Below are positions 57,257-64,000 of a stretch of DNA of 64,000 nt, piece by piece. Numbering within the stretch: position 1 is the stretch's first letter; every line of letters starts with the position of its first letter. Origin of the DNA: Candidatus Omnitrophota bacterium (GTDB taxonomy: Bacteria > Omnitrophota > Gorgyraeia > Tantalellales > Tantalellaceae); contig JBAROK010000027.1 of the NCBI GenBank assembly GCA_049642065.1, forward strand, positions 14,398 to 78,397, in the 5' to 3' direction. Under the pieces are notes generated by a model. The model did no database searches and was not told where the DNA came from. It saw only the letters and a program-made list of their open reading frames with translations. Made by a program: the position numbers and the translations under genes.

Positions 57257-57676
57257 CTATGCTTTCCACAGCATGTGAACTGTGCAAAATTCCCTAACTT
57301 CAACGATATCATTTCTAGAAATGCAGCAGAAATGGGCTTCCGGTTTATCTCCCGGTTTTAGTTCTGCTTTTAAGACCTTGTCTTTTGTAAGTACTTCTAT
57401 GAACTTTATGTAATGTTTCTCTTCCATAGGGTGTTCGACACTGCCGACTTTGACTTTTATGCAAACATCCTCTTCCCCACAAGAGTCACACGAACATTCA
57501 ACTTTACCTGTTTCTTCAGTAACAGGCACATGTTTCTCCTGGCCCTGGTCTTCTGTTTTAGCCTCGAGCTTTACCATCGGCTGATCACAACAAACAAGAG
57601 ACGGAGCTCCTTCATTAACGATCTCTATCACGTTCCCGCATACTTCACAACGATATATTTCTCTTAACTGTGTCAT
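57257..57676 (-). CDS. dfx: Desulfoferrodoxin (class I superoxide reductase)
   Basis: N-terminal desulforedoxin CxxC...CC (CEVCGN...VCC) plus a C-terminal neelaredoxin domain with an E..H...H.C.H-type centre II. Confidence 0.85.
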   Translation of the reverse strand: MTQLREIYRCEVCGNVIEIVNEGAPSLVCCDQPMVKLEAKTEDQGQEKHVPVTEETGKVECSCDSCGEEDVCIKVKVGSVEHPMEEKHYIKFIEVLTKDKVLKAELKPGDKPEAHFCCISRNDIVEVREFCTVHMLWKA

Positions 57677-58836
57677 TCTATCCCCCCCTTCACCTTATTC
57701 TTGATCTCTTCAAGAGTTTTATCATCCGGCACGTATTGCACTTTAACCGACTCGGCAACATCAAACCCGGCGTCTTTCAAAATAGTCTCTATCTGCGGTA
57801 TGCTCTGCCCACCCCACCCATAAGAACCGAACGCAAGACCCTTCCTGTTCTTTGGCGCAAGACCCTTCATATACGTTAAAAAAGCCGCCACTGTCGGGAG
57901 CATCCCGTTATTCAAAGTGGGCGACCCTACACATATGTATTTCGCATCCAAAACTTGCATCATGACATTAGAAATATGTTCATTCTTAAGATCCATCGGC
58001 CTTACAGGCACACCTTTCTCTTCAAATGCGCAATATATGGCTTCTGCGATCTTCTCTGTAGAATGCCACATAGAATCGTAGATAATCACCGCTTTTTCCT
58101 TTGTCTTGTTGGCGGACCATTCCCCGTAAAGACCGATTATCTCCTTTAAATATTTCCGCCAGATAATACCATGACTAGGTGCTATCATATCGATATCCAG
58201 TCCGGAAACCGCTTCCAAAGCCTTCTGCACCTGTGATCCGAAAGGCAGCACTATGTTGGCATAGTACTTAGCGGCTTCTTCTTTTAATACATCCCAGCCG
58301 AGTTCATCTTCAAACCTCTCAGGAGACGCTATATGCTGGCCAAAAGCGTCGTTTGGAAGTAGCAGTTTTTCTTCCGGGATATACGTTACCATTGAATCCG
58401 GCCAATGCACCATCTGCGTAAGAACAAAGCTAATCGTTCTTTTTCCAATATTGACGGAGTCCCCGGTATCAACTACCTGCATTTTCCAATCAGCATTGTA
58501 ATGTTTTTTCAGGCCTTTCTCGCCGTTAGGTGAGGTTATAACAGTGGCATCCTTGCAGAGCTCCATCATGCGCGGCAAGCATCCCGAATGGTCCATTTCT
58601 ACGTGGTTGGAAACAACATAATCTATCTTTGACGGGTCAATGACAGACTTTATCCGCTTGAGCATCTCATCAAAAAAATAGTGCTTAACTGTATCCACAA
58701 GCACGATTTTCTCATCGATTATTAGATAAGCGTTATACGTGGTGCCTCTCTCAGTGCTGTATCCGTGGAAATTCTTTAAGGTCCAGTCTATACCGCCAAC
58801 CCAGTAAATGCCTTTTTTTATTTCGACAGCTTTCAT
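57673..58836 (-). CDS. fprA: Flavodiiron protein (rubredoxin:oxygen/NO oxidoreductase; metallo-beta-lactamase plus flavodoxin domains)
   Basis: YWVGGIDWTLKNFHG..., HxExDH-type diiron site (HVEMDHSG), and a C-terminal flavodoxin-like domain. Confidence 0.85.
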   Translation of the reverse strand: MKAVEIKKGIYWVGGIDWTLKNFHGYSTERGTTYNAYLIIDEKIVLVDTVKHYFFDEMLKRIKSVIDPSKIDYVVSNHVEMDHSGCLPRMMELCKDATVITSPNGEKGLKKHYNADWKMQVVDTGDSVNIGKRTISFVLTQMVHWPDSMVTYIPEEKLLLPNDAFGQHIASPERFEDELGWDVLKEEAAKYYANIVLPFGSQVQKALEAVSGLDIDMIAPSHGIIWRKYLKEIIGLYGEWSANKTKEKAVIIYDSMWHSTEKIAEAIYCAFEEKGVPVRPMDLKNEHISNVMMQVLDAKYICVGSPTLNNGMLPTVAAFLTYMKGLAPKNRKGLAFGSYGWGGQSIPQIETILKDAGFDVAESVKVQYVPDDKTLEEIKNKVKGGIE

Positions 58837-58853
58837 CTGTTCCCGAATCTTCC

Positions 58854-59369
58854 TTAATCCGCTGCAGCGGCAGGCGGGGTGAATACTCTCTGCGACAGCT
58901 CTTTATCGACCATGAGAAGGCCGTTGCCGTCTTTGCCTATGAGTTTTAATTTTTGTACAAGTTCCTCAGCGTTAGCTTCTTCTTCTACCTGCTCAGTAAC
59001 GAACCACTGGAGGAATATCTCAGTCGCATGGTCATTCTCGTCTTTCGCCTGGTTAACAAGACCATTAATAAGTGCTGTAACTTTCTTTTCATGTTCCAGC
59101 GTCTTTTCAAAAAGATCCAATACAGAAGAAAAACTCTGCGGTGGTTCCTCTATCGCCTCAAGCATTACTCTTGCACCTTGCTGGGTCACATAATCATAGA
59201 TCTTCTGCGCATGAGAAAGCTCTTCCTGTACCTGCACCGTAAACCAATTGGCAATACCATTAAGACCTTTTTCGGTAGCATAAGATGCCATCCCCAGGTA
59301 AAAATACGCTGAGTATGTTTCCCTGTTAACCTGACGATTAAGGCTTTTTATCATCTTTTCGCTTATCAT
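58854..59369 (-). CDS. ftn: Ferritin (non-haem bacterial ferritin)
   Basis: Ferroxidase-centre residues (E..Y...E..H...E...Q). The start was set at the ATG preceded by GGAGAGG. Confidence 0.8.
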   Translation of the reverse strand: MISEKMIKSLNRQVNRETYSAYFYLGMASYATEKGLNGIANWFTVQVQEELSHAQKIYDYVTQQGARVMLEAIEEPPQSFSSVLDLFEKTLEHEKKVTALINGLVNQAKDENDHATEIFLQWFVTEQVEEEANAEELVQKLKLIGKDGNGLLMVDKELSQRVFTPPAAAAD

Positions 59370-59379
59370 AACCTCTCCC

Positions 59380-59517
59380 TTAAGCTTTCTCAAACTGATC
59401 TTTTCCCACACCACATTCAGGGCATGTCCAATCCTCCGGCAGATCCTCAAATGCTACATCGTTATTTTCGGCTGGATCGTAAATATACCCGCAAACCTTA
59501 CATATATATTTTTCCAT
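59380..59517 (-). CDS. rd: Rubredoxin (45 aa), not present in the supplied ORF track
   Basis: Manual translation of the minus strand gives [45 protein letters not shown]. It has the canonical CxxCG...CPxCG rubredoxin motifs and an SD (AAAGGGG) upstream. Confidence 0.8.
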   Translation of the reverse strand: MEKYICKVCGYIYDPAENNDVAFEDLPEDWTCPECGVGKDQFEKA

Positions 59518-59654
59518 GATATGACCCCTTTCTTCATTACCCCTTTAAAAGATATGAAATAACTCCCTTTATTCTATGCCAATTCCCTTGTTCTTTCTAC
59601 TGGTATTTTTATTATTAATAGGATATCTGGCTAGTCCTTTATCTCTTCCTGATT

Positions 59655-59693
59655 AGCCCCGCACCGGCAACAATTCCCTACCAATGCGGGGCT
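59655..59693 (-). promoter_or_regulatory. Stable stem-loop (9-bp GC-rich stem, 21-nt loop) in the leader between a short upstream ORF and the rubredoxin gene
   Basis: AGCCCCGCA-(21 nt)-TGCGGGGCT. No adjacent U-run, so it is not a classical intrinsic terminator. Confidence 0.3.
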
Positions 59694-59723
59694 TTAAGGA
59701 TTATACCTTCGGGCAGTTTACCG

Positions 59724-59801
59724 TCATACCTGGGACCTGGTACAGCAGCCTTCTTTACAGTGCGCCACGGGGCGCAGTCTATATCTGATTGTAATGTCCA
59801 T
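59724..59801 (-). CDS. Candidate 25-aa leader/small peptide ORF with a near-perfect SD
   Basis: AAGGAGGTGCAT-ATG then MDITIRYRLRPVAHCKEGCCTRSQV*. It contains an internal GC hairpin TGCGCC-ccgt-GGCGCA. Confidence 0.3.
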   Translation of the reverse strand: MDITIRYRLRPVAHCKEGCCTRSQV

Positions 59802-59842
59802 ATGCACCTCCTTACGTATTTGATAAAATATTCTTCCCTCAT

Positions 59843-60082
59843 TTATAATGATACCATTTTAGTATCATTTGTCAAGGAAAAAATAGACCTTTTGTCCTTG
59901 GACGGGTTGCACAGGTTGTCCTTCTCATGTGCCGCCCTACCACAGTTCTTGCAGAAATACCGGGAATCCTTGACAAGCTCTTTTATCCTAGCTAGATCCC
60001 TGTCTATTATTATCTGGCAAAGATGGTTCCTGGCATGACATTGTTTGGAGCCCTTGCAGCTATGCAGGTATTTAACGGACAT
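59843..60082 (-). CDS. Small Cys/His-rich protein (putative metal-binding / zinc-ribbon-like)
   Basis: 79 aa with an SD (GGAGG) 5 nt before the ATG. Two C...C-H clusters (CKGSKQCHARNHLC; CKNCGRAAHEKDNLC). Confidence 0.45.
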   Translation of the reverse strand: MSVKYLHSCKGSKQCHARNHLCQIIIDRDLARIKELVKDSRYFCKNCGRAAHEKDNLCNPSKDKRSIFSLTNDTKMVSL

Positions 60083-60092
60083 ATCTATCCTC

Positions 60093-60602
60093 CTACAAAA
60101 GTTCTTTTATCCGACTTTCGAAAAACTCTTTATCCCTGTACCCTACCGCTTTTTCAACGATACGGCCCTCTCTGTCTATTATAAAAGTAGTAGGTATGCC
60201 TCGTATTCCACCGTAAACGTTAGCTACATTCTGGTCCCCGATAACAACCGGATAAGTAACGCCCATTTCCTTTATGAATGGTTTAACAACTCCAACCCCG
60301 CCTCGGTCTAGGGCCACGCCGACTATCACAATCCCTTTTGCCTTGTATTGCCTGTAAAGCGCCTCGAAGTGAGGTATCTCCATCCGGCAAGGCGGACACC
60401 ATGTCGCCCAAAAGTCCAGTATAACAACACTACCTTTCGTGTCTGACATCTTGAACGGTTTGCCGTCTAGATCGTTTAGTGTGAAGTCTGCTGCTACCGA
60501 AGAACCGCCTACCGCAGAAGATTGGTCGCACGATAAAAGCCCCGCCGTAATGAATAGTAATAGTGTTAGTGTAAGGATAAAAAAACGTTTTTTTATTTTC
60601 AC
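60093..60602 (-). CDS. TlpA/ResA-like thiol:disulfide oxidoreductase (thioredoxin family), secreted or anchored
   Basis: Signal peptide, then WATWCPPCRME. Confidence 0.8.
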   Translation of the reverse strand: MKIKKRFFILTLTLLLFITAGLLSCDQSSAVGGSSVAADFTLNDLDGKPFKMSDTKGSVVILDFWATWCPPCRMEIPHFEALYRQYKAKGIVIVGVALDRGGVGVVKPFIKEMGVTYPVVIGDQNVANVYGGIRGIPTTFIIDREGRIVEKAVGYRDKEFFESRIKELL

Positions 60603-60617
60603 AACATCCTCCTCGTC

Positions 60618-61346
60618 TTATTTTGAGAAAATATAAAAAGATTCTGGTACAAATTTTAGCAGTACTCCCAAATTACCGAAAAACATCAAACATCCTATCG
60701 CTATAAGGAATACTCCTGCTATTATTTCACCCGCGCGGATGAACTTTCTGTACCGTTCGAAGAAACGCATGAAAGCACCAACAGCAAAACCCGTTATGAT
60801 GAAAGGTATCCCAAGCCCCAAAGAATAGACCAAAAGAAGAAGCACCCCTCTTAAAAGTGTCTCTTGCGTAGCAGCAAGCGCCAGGATCCCCGCCAGGATG
60901 GGTCCGATGCAAGGCGTCCACCCGAAACCAAAGGCCATTCCTACAAGAAAAGCCGTTACTAGACCGGGAGAAGATCGCTTTACTTCAAGCTTCTTCTGAT
61001 AATTGAGCCACCCTATCTTGAATAGACCCACTAGATGCAACCCCAGCAGCACAATAATAACACCGGCTACTTTAGTCAATATATGAAGGTGTTCAGAGAG
61101 TAGTTTTCCGATAAATGTAGCCGATGCGCCAAGAGCCGTGAACACAACGGAAAACCCTATAACGAAGAATATTGATACAAAACCAGCTTTGAGGAAGACT
61201 TTCTTCTGTTGAGCGCCCTTCCTTAACTCTTCAAGGGAGATACCAGAGAGAAACGAGATATATCCCGGCACAAGCGGTAGAACGCAGGGAGACAAAAATG
61301 AAAGGATGCCCGCAAAAAAAGCTATCCCAAAAGAAACGTTCTCCAT
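60618..61346 (-). CDS. ccdA: Cytochrome c-type biogenesis protein CcdA (DsbD-like transmembrane thiol-disulfide transporter)
   Basis: 242 aa with 6 or more TM helices and two conserved Cys residues in TM1 and TM4 (SPCVLPL; TPCIGP). Confidence 0.85.
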   Translation of the reverse strand: MENVSFGIAFFAGILSFLSPCVLPLVPGYISFLSGISLEELRKGAQQKKVFLKAGFVSIFFVIGFSVVFTALGASATFIGKLLSEHLHILTKVAGVIIVLLGLHLVGLFKIGWLNYQKKLEVKRSSPGLVTAFLVGMAFGFGWTPCIGPILAGILALAATQETLLRGVLLLLVYSLGLGIPFIITGFAVGAFMRFFERYRKFIRAGEIIAGVFLIAIGCLMFFGNLGVLLKFVPESFYIFSK

Positions 61347-61400
61347 ATCTATCCCTTTCTTTTGTTTATGCTATAACTTCTATTATGATACCATGTGAGT

Positions 61401-61441
61401 GGCAATTTGCAAAAAAAATCGCCCGGGGCATTAAATCCCGG
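61401..61441. terminator. Rho-independent (bidirectional) terminator between gdhA and ccdA
   Basis: AAAAAAAATCGCCCGGG-gcattaaat-CCCGGGCGATTTTT. A 10-bp perfect stem flanked by an A8 run and a T5 run. Confidence 0.6.
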
Positions 61442-61472
61442 GCGATTTTTAATTCTGCCAGACCTTTTTAGG

Positions 61473-62985
<1,513 letters not shown>

Positions 62986-63068
62986 TTGTTCTTATCTTTG
63001 TAATTATCGCAGATGTTAGTCGGTTACGTCAAGTAAAAAATGATATTAACCCGAATTAACGAGTTTTT

Positions 63069-63452
63069 TTACTCTTCTTCTGCCTTTTTCTGCCTCATAG
63101 CCTCTATCTTGGGGAACAGGAAATCCTTCAGAAACTCTATTCTGAAAGGTTTGGGTATGAAACCATCTGCCCCAAGGCTCTTGGCCTTCATGATGTTCTC
63201 TTCGCTATCGTACCCGCTGAACATTAATACAGGCAGGTCCGGGTTCTCTTTCTTTATCTTCTCAAGAAGCGGAAAACTCGTCTCTTCCCTCAGATTGATA
63301 TCAAGCAGGACAAGATCATAGCTCGGATTATACATCTCCATGCCGGTTTTCAGGTCATAAGCAACGTCAACCTCAAAACCTTTCTTTTCGAAGAACCTGG
63401 CAATAACATCTGCTACCATCTTTTCATCTTCTACTAAAAATATCTTCTTCAT
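63069..63452 (-). CDS. Stand-alone response-regulator receiver (CheY-like) protein
   Basis: Receiver motifs: acidic pair (LVEDE), phospho-acceptor Asp (VLLDINL), a T/S residue and Lys (FSGY...KP). SD AAGGAGG. Confidence 0.8.
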   Translation of the reverse strand: MKKIFLVEDEKMVADVIARFFEKKGFEVDVAYDLKTGMEMYNPSYDLVLLDINLREETSFPLLEKIKKENPDLPVLMFSGYDSEENIMKAKSLGADGFIPKPFRIEFLKDFLFPKIEAMRQKKAEEE

Positions 63453-63489
63453 ACCCCTGACCTCCTTACAACTCAAATCGTCTGGATCT

Positions 63490-63515
63490 AGATATGAACT
63501 TACAAGTTCATATCT
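63490..63515. promoter_or_regulatory. Perfect 12-bp-arm palindrome AGATATGAACTT-ac-AAGTTCATATCT about 40-65 nt upstream of the response-regulator start; candidate operator
   Basis: Read directly from the sequence. An A8/T8 run lies beside it. Confidence 0.4.
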
Positions 63516-63559
63516 TACATCTATTTTTTTTGAAAATCAACGGCCCTGCACAGCCAGGC

Positions 63560-63982
63560 TTATTTTACCTCTTCTCCGGACAGGTGCAGCAAAAGTTTTT
63601 TCGTGGTTTGGGCTCCTACAACACCATCCACCTTAAGACCGTTCTCTTCCTGGAACTCCTTTATTGCCCGCATAGACTGTTTGCCTAGCTTGCCATCAAT
63701 CGCACCGTAATAATAACCAGCGTTCTTTAACGCTGTCTGTATCTCCTTCTTTGACAGGGTGACTTTAGCCTCGCTGGGCGCTGCGGATGAAGTCCGTTTC
63801 GGTTCAATGTTAGTCGTGTACCCTGTGGCTTCATCTCCGGCCAACCGGTCCTCTAGAACTGTCTGCCTGTCTTCAACGGACGAGACCCGTTTGTCCAGAC
63901 TTTTCACTCCTTTTGATTCAAACATAGCACAACCCGCAAGTGGTAAAGTCAGCAAAAGAAGAAATACTGCCGCTTTTTTCAT
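63560..63982 (-). CDS. Lipoprotein with a C-terminal peptidoglycan-binding domain (PG_binding_1)
   Basis: Lipobox LAGC. C-terminal sequence LKNAGYYYGAIDGKLGKQSMRAIKEFQEENGLKVDGVVGAQT. Confidence 0.7.
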   Translation of the reverse strand: MKKAAVFLLLLTLPLAGCAMFESKGVKSLDKRVSSVEDRQTVLEDRLAGDEATGYTTNIEPKRTSSAAPSEAKVTLSKKEIQTALKNAGYYYGAIDGKLGKQSMRAIKEFQEENGLKVDGVVGAQTTKKLLLHLSGEEVK

Positions 63983-64000
63983 TTTCCCTCCCAGAATTAC

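Noticed and set aside
59655-59693. GC-rich stem-loop considered as a tRNA or intrinsic terminator
   Set aside because: There is a single stem only, with no cloverleaf and no anticodon arm, and no U-tract on either strand. It is kept as a possible regulatory structure instead.

Overview
This window looks like a bacterial chromosomal segment from a strict or aerotolerant anaerobe. Codon usage is AT-biased, ribosome-binding sites are GGAGG-type, and there are lysine-rich basic proteins, giant genes and a rubrerythrin, desulfoferrodoxin and rubredoxin toolkit. Together these suggest an uncultivated lineage such as Omnitrophota, but that is an inference only. About 60 CDS are supported, most on the minus strand. 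Housekeeping genes include partial mnmE, folC, purH, mgtE, era, a UvrD-type helicase, glgP, ispH plus a polyprenyl synthase, pabA and pabB, fba, gdhA and ogg. A glycoside and compatible-solute cluster runs glgP, GH130, a GT-B glycosyltransferase and a divergently transcribed SPS-like GT4 gene. A long minus-strand oxidative-stress and redox island carries trxB, a glutaredoxin-like gene, an erythrin-like gene, rbr, dfx, fprA/roo, ftn, a rubredoxin CDS that is absent from the ORF track, a Cys/His-rich small protein, tlpA and ccdA. The most striking region is three consecutive giant minus-strand genes at 25.7 to 45.6 kb (1678, 3486 and 1293 aa), each followed by its own hairpin terminator. The two outer genes are paralogues. 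They share a signal peptide with a conserved N-terminal module and a conserved C-terminal module of about 190 aa, but their centres differ: one has a tandemly duplicated multi-transmembrane module, the other has seven or eight tandem repeats of about 33 aa with an FxxFGLD motif. The central 3486-aa protein contains a recognisable cyclic-nucleotide-binding domain and a possible TraB/GumN/Tiki-like N-terminal domain. No rRNA, tRNA, CRISPR array or transposase was detected.
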